DNA from: Paludibacteraceae bacterium
Lineage (GTDB): Bacteria; Bacteroidota; Bacteroidia; Bacteroidales; Paludibacteraceae
Direction: 5' to 3'
NCBI GenBank assembly: GCA_017444065.1
Contig: JAFSXJ010000018.1
Span: 1,778 to 65,777 of the forward strand
DNA length: 64,000 nucleotides
Shown: positions 1-9,400 of the stretch, piece by piece
How positions within the stretch are numbered: position 1 is the first letter of the stretch
Layout of the letters: every line of letters starts with the position of its first letter
Notes under the pieces: generated by a model
What the model was told of the DNA's origin: nothing
Databases searched by the model: none
What the model saw: only the letters and a program-made list of their open reading frames with translations
Made by a program: the position numbers and the translations under genes

Positions 1-924
1 CGGCTTTTCGGCTTCCTCCGTATGATTCGTTTGCATCACTTCAGCTTCCGTATCCTCAATGGCACCTTCCTGTTCGGCTATCAAGTCTTCGTAGAACAAG
101 GCATGTGCGAACTGCTGGATGGGCACGAACACGAACTGCAGCACCAGCATCACCAGCAGGCAGAGCAGCCCGATACCGGTGAATAATCCCCAACGCTCAG
201 CGAACGTGCTACCCATCAGGCGTATCATCTCCTCCGACGAATCGGATGTGAGCGCAGCAGCATTGCCGCTCAGCGCAGCAGGTATGACCAGCGCAATCAC
301 AAATATCATCAGCAGCACCCACAGCACCATGATTGGGCCGATCAGTATCTCCAGATCCACAACGAAGAGCTGCCACTTGTGCCCCTCTGTCAGCTGCGAG
401 CAACGCCTGGTCAGTTGCCATACCGACTCATCGGGATGATCACTCGCCAAGAGCGGAAGCATCGTTGCCACCGCATATACCCAGACGATGGCAAACACAC
501 TTATACCTATCGCCATCAGCGCAATGCAGAACTTCCACCCGAGGCCAATCTCGAGGTTCGATGCTTGGTTGAGGATCTGCGATACGATCGACGGCCATAC
601 CATCATCACACTCACCGCCAAAGCTCGCGCATAACCGACCTGAAGGTCAGCTTTCGTCACCGACTGACCGCGCCTCATCGCCAAGAAGCACACAGGGACA
701 TAATAGTACAACAGCCCGATAGTAAACAGAACAGCCAATGCCGCCAAAACGGTGTACCATAGTCCGAACTTCGGATGGGAGGACATAAGCGCCAAACCCG
801 GCGCGATAAGGATCATCGCCACAATCATTGCCGCGAACTGAAGGGCCATCACAACCGACGAATCCCTGACATGCGACTTCCACAAGTTCCAACCTCCGGA
901 AAAATACTGAGATGTGAGTTTCAT
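1..924 (-). CDS. polytopic membrane protein of unknown function; C-terminal end lies beyond the window start
   Basis: Absent from the ORF track because there is no stop inside the window. Hand check: the reverse-strand frame starting at ATG (cat 922-924) has no stop codon down to position 1 (308 codons). Translation begins MKLTSQYFSGGWNLWKSHVRD and contains several long hydrophobic runs (AAMIVAMILIAPGLAL, LAALAVLFTIGLLYYY, ILIGPIMVLWVLLMIFVIALVIPAAL, GLFTGIGLLCLLVMLVLQFVFV). Confidence 0.6.
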   Translation of the reverse strand, partial: MKLTSQYFSGGWNLWKSHVRDSSVVMALQFAAMIVAMILIAPGLALMSSHPKFGLWYTVLAALAVLFTIGLLYYYVPVCFLAMRRGQSVTKADLQVGYARALAVSVMMVWPSIVSQILNQASNLEIGLGWKFCIALMAIGISVFAIVWVYAVATMLPLLASDHPDESVWQLTRRCSQLTEGHKWQLFVVDLEILIGPIMVLWVLLMIFVIALVIPAALSGNAAALTSDSSEEMIRLMGSTFAERWGLFTGIGLLCLLVMLVLQFVFVPIQQFAHALFYEDLIAEQEGAIEDTEAEVMQTNHTEEAEKP

Positions 925-1049
925 AAGTTGATTACGATGTTTGGGGTATTTGGTTTGTTTTTATTGCACTTCCGTGAGACTACGTTCTTGAGCACCTATT
1001 TCGTTGACAAATATTGAGAACAAGATAATTAATATACTTTTACACGAGT

Positions 1050-1613
1050 TTAGTCCAGTTTGAATATTGTGGTATCAATAGTACATTGAAAACGGTCAAG
1101 GCGTTCATCGCTTTTTCGAAAAGTCCATCTCCATGGACACGGGATGCTATTCGTTGAATCTCTTCCTCCGGGAATAAAGACCTCATTTGTTTTTGGGGTT
1201 AAGAATTGCTCCCATGTATAAGTTTTCTGCGTTTCTCTGTTGGTCAGTTTGGAGATTATCCAGCACTTATTACTATGATTGATATAATAATTATCCACAT
1301 AATCAACGGGCATCCAAAAAGGACCGATAGCCGTTTGATTATTAAGTACAAAAAACAAGTCAACTGAATCTGTCTGCAGCTTGCCAAGGTTAATTATAGT
1401 GGAATCACATTGATATACGTGTATAATGGGGGCACGCGTTATGGCATTGTAGGCATATTCGCCCCATTTTACAACTATTTCCATGTTCCATGACTGATTG
1501 GTCGAATCAGACAGTACAAACAGCTGTGTTGTGGTTACGGGGTCTTGCTTGGCACAAGATATACACACGGTTACCAATAAGAATATAGTCGTAATTCTTA
1601 ATATTCTATTCAT
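1050..1613 (-). CDS. hypothetical lipoprotein
   Basis: 187-aa ORF. N-terminal signal peptide with a lipobox-like LVTVCISC. Sits in a visibly AT-rich stretch between GC-rich genes. No family recognised. Confidence 0.55.
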   Translation of the reverse strand: MNRILRITTIFLLVTVCISCAKQDPVTTTQLFVLSDSTNQSWNMEIVVKWGEYAYNAITRAPIIHVYQCDSTIINLGKLQTDSVDLFFVLNNQTAIGPFWMPVDYVDNYYINHSNKCWIISKLTNRETQKTYTWEQFLTPKTNEVFIPGGRDSTNSIPCPWRWTFRKSDERLDRFQCTIDTTIFKLD

Positions 1614-1693
1614 GGTAGATAAGTATTTATTGTACCGTTTTAAGAGGGCGAACAGTAATGGCGTTATCTTTTCCTTTCATTCGGTATATTTTG

Positions 1694-1701
1694 CAAAGAT
1701 A
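1694..1701 (-). promoter_or_regulatory. candidate Bacteroidetes -7 promoter box (TATCTTTG on the minus strand) for the lipoprotein gene
   Basis: Plus strand reads CAAAGATA, whose reverse complement TATCTTTG matches TAnnTTTG. It lies about 80 nt upstream of the ATG at 1613 and mirrors the box at 1796-1803. Confidence 0.3.
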
Positions 1702-1795
1702 CAACAATTATTTCACTTTTGCAAATCCGTATGCACTTTTTTTATTCTACACACTACATTTTTTCAAAAAATTTGCAGAAACGGAAAAAAAGTCG

Positions 1796-1803
1796 TATCT
1801 TTG
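1796..1803 (+). promoter_or_regulatory. candidate Bacteroidetes -7 promoter box TATCTTTG
   Basis: Matches TAnnTTTG about 58 nt upstream of the ATG at 1861. Confidence 0.3.
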
Positions 1804-1860
1804 CACTCGGTTTTTCAAAGAATCCAAAACAAATTGGGTTATTTAGGCATATTTTCAGAA

Positions 1861-3249
1861 ATGAAGCGCTACGTATCCATATTACTCTTTCTTGCCATGA
1901 CCTGTCTTGCGGGTTATGGTCAGAGCGCCAGGCAGGCCGATGACCTGTTCAATGCGCGTGAGTACGCCAAGGCGCGCACTATCTACGACGCATTGCTGCG
2001 CAAGCAGCCCGCGCATCCGCTGTACCTCTACCGTGCCGCACGGTGCGCACAGGAGACGGGCGACCTGACGGCGGCGGAGGACCTGTTCATCAAGGCAGGC
2101 ACGAAGTATCCGCTCAGGAACTTCTTCCTCGGCGAACTGTACTTCGGGCAGTGGCGTATGCCGGAGGCGCTGGCGGCATACGAAGCCGTGCTGCCCTCCA
2201 TCGACGAACAGAACGAGCGTTACCCCATCGTAATGAAGCACATGGCCGAGGCGCAGGTCATCGCCCGATACCTGAAGCACGTTTCCCGCATTGAGGTGCT
2301 GGGCGTACAGCGCGTGGCTAAATCGGACATGCTCGGCGCATACACCCTGAGCGAAGAGTGCGGCATACTGCGTCTGGACTCACTCGGCAGTTCGTTCACC
2401 ACCCAGCGAGGTGACCGCAGGTACTTCAGCGTGCGCGACAGCGGTCGCACCATGCTCGTCAGCCAGCAGAGGTTGCTGCAGGACTGGGAGGAGCCCGACA
2501 CACTGCGTGCGACCATCAACAGCGGCAACACCACGAACTACCCGTTCGTGCTCACCGACGGTGCGACACTATACTTCGCCTCCGACCGCGAGGGTGGACT
2601 GGGAGGACTGGACATATACATGACGCGCTACAACGCCGCTCTGGGCGAGTGGCTGCCGGCAGAGAACATCGGCATGCCATACAACTCACCCGCGGACGAC
2701 TACCTCTACGTAGCCGACGAGCACGCCAATACAGCGTACTTCGCCACGAACAGGCACTGCACGGGCACCGACTCCGTCGAAGTTTATCAGGTCGTGCTCA
2801 GCGAACGCACGTTCCTCAAGGGGCTGGCACACGACGAACTTGTAGCACTCGCACGACTCGACAGCCTCATCACACCCACCCTGCCCGATATCGTCACACC
2901 TGCCCCTGCCGCACCGGTCATGCCGACTGTGCCGACAGCACCAAAAACCGCCCATGACGGCGATTCTATCTTCTTCGTGCTCAACGATTCGCATATCTAC
3001 ACCAGCCTTGACGACTTCCGCAGCGACACGGCACGGGTGCTCTACGAGCAGTACATGCGCATGCAGCAGACACAGCAGCAGGCGATGGAGATGCTTGACA
3101 GCCTCCGGCAGCAGTACTATCAGGCAAACGACGCCACACGGGCGTCACTCAAGGCACGTATCCCTATTCTCTCCGGCGAGATTGACAAGCGCAAACGCAC
3201 CCTCCACGACACCCTCTCGCAGATCCGTTCGCTTGAGGCGCAACACTGA
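1861..3249 (+). CDS. secreted TPR plus PD40 (TolB-like beta-propeller repeat) protein with a C-terminal coiled coil
   Basis: ORF 1498-3249, but the signal peptide MKRYVSILLFLAMTCLAGYGQ starts at ATG 1861, and the upstream extension overlaps the divergent gene and promoter. Has TPR-like helices (AREYAKARTIYDALLRKQP...) and a PD40-type repeat (YFASDREGGLGGLDIYM). The Q-rich C-terminus looks like a coiled coil. Confidence 0.7.
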   Translation: MKRYVSILLFLAMTCLAGYGQSARQADDLFNAREYAKARTIYDALLRKQPAHPLYLYRAARCAQETGDLTAAEDLFIKAGTKYPLRNFFLGELYFGQWRMPEALAAYEAVLPSIDEQNERYPIVMKHMAEAQVIARYLKHVSRIEVLGVQRVAKSDMLGAYTLSEECGILRLDSLGSSFTTQRGDRRYFSVRDSGRTMLVSQQRLLQDWEEPDTLRATINSGNTTNYPFVLTDGATLYFASDREGGLGGLDIYMTRYNAALGEWLPAENIGMPYNSPADDYLYVADEHANTAYFATNRHCTGTDSVEVYQVVLSERTFLKGLAHDELVALARLDSLITPTLPDIVTPAPAAPVMPTVPTAPKTAHDGDSIFFVLNDSHIYTSLDDFRSDTARVLYEQYMRMQQTQQQAMEMLDSLRQQYYQANDATRASLKARIPILSGEIDKRKRTLHDTLSQIRSLEAQH

Positions 3250-3258
3250 CAGCAAACA

Positions 3259-3306
3259 CATACAACAAGGGGAGTGTGGCTACTGGCACACTCCCCTTGT
3301 TGTATG
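3259..3306. terminator. bidirectional hairpin terminator between convergent genes
   Basis: Perfect 20-bp stem, 3259-3278 CATACAACAAGGGGAGTGTG pairing with 3287-3306 CACACTCCCCTTGTTGTATG, with an 8-nt loop. Lies between the stops at 3249 (+) and 3415 (-). Confidence 0.6.
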
Positions 3307-3414
3307 GTGACAAAAATCCATTGATCAATAACAAGTTCGAGGTTTTGTCGGGGTCTAATCGGAGGCGAACCCGAGGCAAACCGAGGTTTAATCGGAGTCC
3401 GACAAGAATCCCCG

Positions 3415-4197
3415 TCAGTACATTATCCCTTCAATCCAATTGACGAAACGCGTAGGCAGGATCCTGTTCAGCAGGCAGAAGCACTTGTACGCCAGTCCGC
3501 CCACATAGTACGGCGACGGACTGCGGCGTGTGGCCATCTTGTAGAACAACTGCGCCATCTGCTCCGGACGCATGCCGTTCTGCTCGTCCTTCTCCATGGC
3601 GGCTACCGCCTTGTTCACATTCAGATAGACATCCGCTCCCTTGTCCGACTTGTCGCGCGCCGCGGTGAAGCCTGTAGCCACATCGCCCGGCATGAGGAAC
3701 CCCACATGTATGTTGAACCCGCGCACCTCGTTCGCCAATGCCAGAGCCATCGCATTGATGGCGGCTTTTGATGCGGAGTAGAACGCCTGATAGGGCACCG
3801 GCAGCACCGCTGCCACCGACGAGGTGAACAGTATCCGTCCCTCCTTGCGCTCACGCATGGCAGGCAGCACTGCCTGCACGATGTTCACCGCACCGAAGAA
3901 GTTCACATCCATCTGCCGCTTGGCGTCCTCAGGTGCCGTGAACTCGATAGCTCCCGATATGCCGTAGCCGGCATTGGAGATGAGCACATCGATGCTCTCC
4001 GCCTGACGGAGCACCTCCGCCACCGCCTGACCGACAGACTCAGGCAGGGTGACATCGCAGTCGATATGCACAATACCGTCATGGCTCTCGCCGTGACGGC
4101 TGAGCTCGAACACACGCCAGCCCTTCCCACGGAAAAGGTTAGCCGTAGCCAACCCTATGCCCGAACTGCCTCCGGTTATGACTAAGGTCCTGTTCAA
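3415..4197 (-). CDS. short-chain dehydrogenase/reductase (SDR); candidate 3-ketosphinganine reductase
   Basis: TGGSSGIG cofactor motif, NAG-type ISNAGYG, and catalytic YSASKAA (YxxxK). Lies 12 nt downstream of spt on the same strand. Confidence 0.85.
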   Translation of the reverse strand: MNRTLVITGGSSGIGLATANLFRGKGWRVFELSRHGESHDGIVHIDCDVTLPESVGQAVAEVLRQAESIDVLISNAGYGISGAIEFTAPEDAKRQMDVNFFGAVNIVQAVLPAMRERKEGRILFTSSVAAVLPVPYQAFYSASKAAINAMALALANEVRGFNIHVGFLMPGDVATGFTAARDKSDKGADVYLNVNKAVAAMEKDEQNGMRPEQMAQLFYKMATRRSPSPYYVGGLAYKCFCLLNRILPTRFVNWIEGIMY

Positions 4198-4209
4198 ATC
4201 GGAAGAATA

Positions 4210-5397
4210 TTATTGCTTGGGGATTTTCACGCCTTGCTTGAGCACCTTGGCAATGATTGCCGTAGCCTCGTCAATCACCGGCTCGGTATGCGTGGCCATC
4301 AGCGTGGTGCGCAGCAGGCACTCGCCCTCGACACATGCCGGAGCAATCACCGGATTGACATACACGCCTGCCTCGAACATCGCATGACCGAAGTACAGGG
4401 TATCCAGCGTATTGTAGGTAAAGATAGGCACGATAGGCGTCGGTGCCTCAATGATCTTCACGTCGTTGGCAATCAACTGCTTGCGGAAGTACGAAGCGAT
4501 ATGGTTCAGCCGCTCGGGACGCGTGTTGTCCTCAATCAGGCGGTGAAGCGCCGTGAGGGTAGTAGCCGTGGATGCCGGCGTCATACTGGCTGAGAAGATG
4601 AACGGACGCGACACATGGCGCACATAGTCCGCCACACGGTGCGAGGTCAGCATACAGCCGCCGATCGATGCCAGCGACTTCGAGAACGTAAGCATGGTTA
4701 TATCCACCTTGTCGGTCAGCCCGAAGTGCGAAGCCGTACCGCGGCCGCCCTTGCCCAGCACACCGAAACCGTGGGCGTCATCCACCATCACGCGGGCACC
4801 GTACTTCTCCGCCAGCCGGCATATCTCCGGCAGCTTGCATATATCGCCGCGCATCGAGAACACCCCGTCGGTAATAATCAGCTTGCCCGCACTCTCGGGA
4901 ATAGACTGCAGCTTGGCTTCCAAATCTGCCATATCCGAGTGCTTGTAACGGAGCACCGTGGCGTACGACAGGCGGCAGGCATCATAGATGGACGCATGGT
5001 TCTCGCGGTCGTTGAGGATATAATCCGACTTGCCGCAGATGGCTGAGATGATTGCCAGATTGGTCTGGAATCCTGTGGAGCAGCACATCGCCTCCTCGTA
5101 GCCCGTGAACTCCGCCAGCTCCTTCTCCAACTGCAGATGCAGGTCGAGCGTGCCGTTCAGGAATCGGCTGCCCGAGCAACCGGTACCGTACTTCTCCAAG
5201 GCTTTGATGCCGGCCTCGACGACGGTCTCGTCTTCGGTAAAGCCCAGGTAGTTGTTGCTACCCAGCATGATCATCCGTTTGCCTTCCATGGTCACCACTG
5301 CACCCTGACGCGACTCAAGGCAGTGGAAATAGGGGTAGATACCCAAATCACGAACTTTGTTCAACAAATCAAAGTTACACTTGTCAAATAAATCCAT
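4210..5397 (-). CDS. spt: serine palmitoyltransferase (alpha-oxoamine synthase family, PLP-dependent)
   Basis: 395 aa. Strong resemblance to Bacteroides/Porphyromonas SPT as I remember it (GSNNYLGF, GCSGSRFLNGTLDLHLQLEKELA, DDAHG, FSKSLASIGG with the PLP lysine). Confidence 0.85.
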   Translation of the reverse strand: MDLFDKCNFDLLNKVRDLGIYPYFHCLESRQGAVVTMEGKRMIMLGSNNYLGFTEDETVVEAGIKALEKYGTGCSGSRFLNGTLDLHLQLEKELAEFTGYEEAMCCSTGFQTNLAIISAICGKSDYILNDRENHASIYDACRLSYATVLRYKHSDMADLEAKLQSIPESAGKLIITDGVFSMRGDICKLPEICRLAEKYGARVMVDDAHGFGVLGKGGRGTASHFGLTDKVDITMLTFSKSLASIGGCMLTSHRVADYVRHVSRPFIFSASMTPASTATTLTALHRLIEDNTRPERLNHIASYFRKQLIANDVKIIEAPTPIVPIFTYNTLDTLYFGHAMFEAGVYVNPVIAPACVEGECLLRTTLMATHTEPVIDEATAIIAKVLKQGVKIPKQ

Positions 5398-5602
5398 AGG
5401 CTATATGTTATTGATAGCGTTGTCACCCTATTCGGGTGGTCGCACATTTATGCAATTTACAATCTGCTTGCAAATGTACGAAAAAAAAATGATATATGCA
5501 ACTATCCCGTTATTTTTTATGCAAATTTGTGCATTTTTTATCCGTCGGGCACATTTTTTGTAGTATTTTGCACGTATTTTTTGAACAAATTATCGAAATA
5601 CT

Positions 5603-6154
5603 ATGATATACCGTATTGCATTTTCGTGCGACGAAGTCAATCGTTTCCGTCGCGTGTTTGAGGCTGACAGTGATGCCACGTTTCTTGACCTGCACAAGGC
5701 ACTGCTGGAGTCGGTCGGTTTTCCTGACGACCAGATGACCTCGTTCTTCACCTGCAACGACCGTTGGGAGAAAGAGCAGGAGGTCACACTCGTTGAGATG
5801 GGCGACAGCTTTGACAGCGAGACCATGGTCATGGAGCAGACCCGACTGAGCGACCTGCTGACCGAACAGGGGCAACGGCTCATATACATCTTCGACCCGA
5901 TGTTCGAGCGCTGCTTCTTCGGCAACCTGAAAGAGATCAAGCCCGGGCACATGACCGGCGTGGAATGTATGGAGAACATCGGCCAGCCGCCCAAGCAACT
6001 GGAGACGGAGGACAATCTGGACGCTATACTCGGCAAGGACGGCAAGGGCGATCTGGACCTCGATGAGGACTTCTACGGCTCGGGCTACGACGACGGAGAC
6101 ATCGATGCCGAAGGATTCCAGGACCTCTCCTTCGACGACGGAACCATGTTTTAG
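5603..6154 (+). CDS. conserved hypothetical protein with an acidic C-terminus (possibly pRiA4b ORF-3-like fold)
   Basis: 183-aa ORF with coding-like composition, divergent from spt. The segment FLDLHKALLESVGFPDDQMTSFF weakly recalls the PRiA4b ORF-3 family. The C-terminus is D/E-rich. Confidence 0.55.
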   Translation: MIYRIAFSCDEVNRFRRVFEADSDATFLDLHKALLESVGFPDDQMTSFFTCNDRWEKEQEVTLVEMGDSFDSETMVMEQTRLSDLLTEQGQRLIYIFDPMFERCFFGNLKEIKPGHMTGVECMENIGQPPKQLETEDNLDAILGKDGKGDLDLDEDFYGSGYDDGDIDAEGFQDLSFDDGTMF

Positions 6155-6214
6155 ACCGCTGCGCTCAAAGAATTGTCGTTGAGTGAGCATAGCGAACGGC
6201 CTTTCTACTAACTT

Positions 6215-7165
6215 ATGCACAAACTGCTCGTAATATGCGGACCGACGGCTGCCGGTAAGACGGAGTATGCGCTCCGTCTGGCGGAGCAATGGGGTGTACC
6301 CATACTCAACGCCGACTCGCGGCAGATATTCCGTGACCTGCCCATCGGCACTGCCGCACCGACCGCTGAGGAGCAACAGCGCGCAAAGCACTTCTTCGTC
6401 GGTACGCACAGCCTCAACGAGACCTACAACGCCGGCATGTTCGAGCGCGATGCCCTGGCTGTCCTTAAGGACCTTAGTGACCTTAGAGACCTTAGTGACC
6501 CTAAGGACCCTAAAGCCCCTGACTCCGAACGCCCGATAGCTATCCTCTCCGGCGGCAGCATGCTCTACATCGAAGCCGTATGCAAGGGGCTGGACGACAT
6601 ACCATCCGTTCCTGATAACATCCGCCGCGAGGTGCAAGAACTCTACACCGCACAGGGCTTGGAGGCACTGCAGCAAGCCGTACAGCAGGCGGACCCCGAT
6701 TACTGGCAGCAGGTGGACCAGCGCAACCCGCAACGGCTGATGCACTGCCTGGAGGTTTGCCGCACAACGGGAGGCACCTACTCCGCCCTGCGGCTGCGAA
6801 ATCAACAGGCAGTCGCCGACAAGCAGCACGCAGCAGAGCGCCCCTTCGCAATCGAGCGACAACTCATCACCCGTCCGCGCGAGGAACTGTACGAACGCAT
6901 CAACGCACGCGTGCTGAAGATGATTGAGCAGGGACTGGTGGACGAAGCCGACCGCGCGTTCCGCATGACCATTGGCGACAACTACCGCTCCATGACGTTC
7001 GACGAGGCGTTCAGCCGCCTGCCGAACAGCCTGCGTACCGTAGGCTATCAGGAGCTGCTGCCGCACCTGCTCGGGCTATGCACACTCGTCGAGGCTGTCA
7101 CGCAGATTCAGACCAACACACGCCACTACGCCAAACGGCAGATGACATGGTGGCGTAACCGATAA
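6215..7165 (+). CDS. miaA: tRNA dimethylallyltransferase
   Basis: P-loop GPTAAGKT, ILNADSRQIFRDLPIGTAAP, and the C-terminal YAKRQMTWWR motif typical of MiaA. Confidence 0.9.
   Translation: MHKLLVICGPTAAGKTEYALRLAEQWGVPILNADSRQIFRDLPIGTAAPTAEEQQRAKHFFVGTHSLNETYNAGMFERDALAVLKDLSDLRDLSDPKDPKAPDSERPIAILSGGSMLYIEAVCKGLDDIPSVPDNIRREVQELYTAQGLEALQQAVQQADPDYWQQVDQRNPQRLMHCLEVCRTTGGTYSALRLRNQQAVADKQHAAERPFAIERQLITRPREELYERINARVLKMIEQGLVDEADRAFRMTIGDNYRSMTFDEAFSRLPNSLRTVGYQELLPHLLGLCTLVEAVTQIQTNTRHYAKRQMTWWRNR
6461..6523. repeat. in-frame 9-bp tandem repeat inside miaA
   Basis: gtccttaag gaccttagt gaccttaga gaccttagt gaccctaag gaccctaaa gcccctgac. About 6-7 units, encoding VLKDLSDLRDLSDPKDPKAPD. Confidence 0.85.
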
Positions 7166-7184
7166 ACAAGTCAAACAGGATTAT

Positions 7185-8285
7185 ATGAAAAAACTGTCAA
7201 TCATCTTCAGCCTTGCCGTCCTGCTGGCAGGCTGCACCAACAAACCGGCAGCCCCGAAGCAAGCCGAATGGGCAAAAGGCGCCGACCTGAGCTGGCTCAG
7301 CGAGATGGAGCACGACGGCATGCTCTTCTACAGTGCCGACAGCATGAGCAGCACCGACCACGAACGCGCATCACAGGACTGTATCACCCTGCTCAGCGAG
7401 ATGGGCATGAACGCCGTGCGCCTGCGCGTGTGGGTGAACCACAGCACAGGCTGGAGCAACCTGCCGGACATGCTCGGACTGGCTCAGCGCGTGGCGAAAG
7501 AGGGACTGCGCCTGATGGTGGATATCCACTACTCGGACTTCTTCGCCGACCCGAACCACCAGACCATCCCCGAAGCATGGCATGCGTACGACTACGAGGC
7601 GATGCTTGAGGCGGTACGCAACCACACACTGGAGGTGCTGACAGCGCTGAAGGACGCAGGCGTTGAGCCCGAGTGGGTGCAGATAGGCAACGAGACGCCC
7701 AACGGCATGCTATGGCCTATGGGCAAGGTGAGCAGTGACCTGTCAGATGCCGGCAATCAGCAGGCATGGGACCGCTATGCAGGTTTCACCGCAGCAGGCT
7801 ACAAGGCGGCGAAAGAGGTGTTCCCGGACATCACCGTCATCGTGCATGTGGATAACGCCTACGAGCGTCGCGACTGGTTCTGGCAGGCAATGAAGGAGCA
7901 TGGCGGGATGTGGGACATGATTGGCCTGTCGCACTACCCGATGATGAGCGCATGGAACGGAGGCAAGACATGGCAGGAGATGAACGACCTGGCGGAGACG
8001 AACATCCGCCGGCTCATCAGCGACTGGCAATGCCCTGTCATGGTGGCGGAGATAGGCATGTTCAGCGGCAACCCGCAGTCCGACACCGTGATGGCGGATT
8101 TCGTCCGTCGCGCCACTGCCATCGACTCCTGCGCAGGCATCTTCTACTGGGAGCCTGAGTGCTACGGAGGATGGCGGCCCGCGGAGTATATCCCTCTCGG
8201 CTGGGGCAGCTATGATATGGGGGCCTTCACCGATGACGGTTGTCCATCGAGCGTATTGGAAACACTATTCGCCAGTGAGAAATAG
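7185..8285 (+). CDS. GH53 arabinogalactan endo-beta-1,4-galactanase, lipoprotein
   Basis: Signal peptide plus lipobox LLAGC. GH53-like blocks GADLSWLSEME, NAVRLRVWVNH, DIHYSDFFADPNHQ, WVQIGNE and VAEIG. Confidence 0.8.
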   Translation: MKKLSIIFSLAVLLAGCTNKPAAPKQAEWAKGADLSWLSEMEHDGMLFYSADSMSSTDHERASQDCITLLSEMGMNAVRLRVWVNHSTGWSNLPDMLGLAQRVAKEGLRLMVDIHYSDFFADPNHQTIPEAWHAYDYEAMLEAVRNHTLEVLTALKDAGVEPEWVQIGNETPNGMLWPMGKVSSDLSDAGNQQAWDRYAGFTAAGYKAAKEVFPDITVIVHVDNAYERRDWFWQAMKEHGGMWDMIGLSHYPMMSAWNGGKTWQEMNDLAETNIRRLISDWQCPVMVAEIGMFSGNPQSDTVMADFVRRATAIDSCAGIFYWEPECYGGWRPAEYIPLGWGSYDMGAFTDDGCPSSVLETLFASEK

Positions 8286-8337
8286 GCCGCACAGCAGATC
8301 GACAAAGGTCGGCCAATCTTGGCCAACAGCAAAAAAG

Positions 8338-8371
8338 AACGGGGTTATCAGTTCGGCTGATAAACCCCGTT
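8338..8371. terminator. bidirectional hairpin terminator (galactanase / CDF transporter)
   Basis: AACGGGGTTATCAG-ttcgg-CTGATAAACCCCGTT, about 14 bp with one bulge, preceded by an A6 run. Overlaps the last codons of the minus-strand CDF gene. Confidence 0.5.
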
Positions 8372-9277
8372 TACTTTGAGTGGCTCGAGGTGGATGGTGA
8401 TGAGAGTATCCGCGCCGAAGCGCTCGCGCAACCGTTGCTCCAGCAGCATACTGTGCTGATGCGCCTCGTAGAGCGACACACTGCCGCGCATCCTCAGGTG
8501 CATCTCTATCGAATAGACGCTGCCCACACGGCGCGTACGCAGGTGGTGCATCTCGCTCATGTCGCTGTCGGCATTGACGATCTCACCTATCTGCTGCTCC
8601 ACCTCTTCCGGCAGGCTCTTCTCCAGCAGGTCCTGCACCGCATCATACAGCAGCTTCGCCGCCGTGACGATGATGAAGATGCTGACGAGCACCGCCGCTA
8701 TCGGGTCGAGTATAGCCCATCGTCCGCCTAACAGCAGTGCGCCGCCGATGCCAAACGCCGTCGCCACCGACGACAGGGCATCGGTACGATGATGCCAGGA
8801 ATTGGCCTTGAGCGCCGACGAATCCACGCGTTTGGCAACAGCAACAGTCAGCCAATACACCGTCTCCTTCGCCACTATACTGATGAGCGCCGCCCAAAGG
8901 GCTATACGACCGGGTATGACCAATTGTTCGCCTTGCAGGGCTGCTATAATCTTCTCCACCCCTTCGACCAGCAAGATACCGCCTGCAGCCAACAGGGCGA
9001 TTGCCACGATAGCAGTGGCCAGTGTCTCGTACTTGCCGTGACCGTACGGGTGGTCGGTGTCCGCCGGACGGCTGCTGAGCTTGACGAACAGCAGCACGAC
9101 AAAGTCCGTCAGCAGGTCGCTGAGCGAATGCACGGCATCGGCAATCATCGCCGTCGAGGCGCCCAGCACACCGGCAACGAACTTCAGCACGGTCAGCAGC
9201 ACATTGACCACACTGCCAAGGATGGTTATACGGTAAATCTCTTTCTCCCGCGAGGGAGCAGATGCGTGTTGATGCAT
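8348..9277 (-). CDS. cation diffusion facilitator (CDF) family metal efflux transporter
   Basis: 309 aa with six hydrophobic segments, HSLSDLLTD and HHRTDALSS motifs, and a C-terminal cytoplasmic domain. Confidence 0.85.
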   Translation of the reverse strand: MHQHASAPSREKEIYRITILGSVVNVLLTVLKFVAGVLGASTAMIADAVHSLSDLLTDFVVLLFVKLSSRPADTDHPYGHGKYETLATAIVAIALLAAGGILLVEGVEKIIAALQGEQLVIPGRIALWAALISIVAKETVYWLTVAVAKRVDSSALKANSWHHRTDALSSVATAFGIGGALLLGGRWAILDPIAAVLVSIFIIVTAAKLLYDAVQDLLEKSLPEEVEQQIGEIVNADSDMSEMHHLRTRRVGSVYSIEMHLRMRGSVSLYEAHQHSMLLEQRLRERFGADTLITIHLEPLKVNGVYQPN

Positions 9278-9400
9278 TTTATTGATAATGGTAGATGATT
9301 GTTGGTAATTGTTGCTTTACCTGGTCGTCAGCGAGTTGTCGGCGGTCACAAAACAAGCGTCCTTTCGGGCGCTTGTTTTGTAATCATGCCTGACAAAGGG

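Noticed and set aside
1498-1860. N-terminal 121-aa extension of the TPR/PD40 ORF from a TTG start
   Set aside because: The extension overlaps the divergent lipoprotein gene and the AT-rich promoter region. A canonical signal peptide begins at ATG 1861.
5510-7066. 518-aa ORF on the minus strand spanning the hypothetical gene and miaA
   Set aside because: It lies entirely antisense to two genes with clear coding signatures (miaA motifs). Its translation is low-complexity (A/L/R/V/G-rich) with no recognisable motifs. This is a typical antisense open frame in GC-rich coding DNA.
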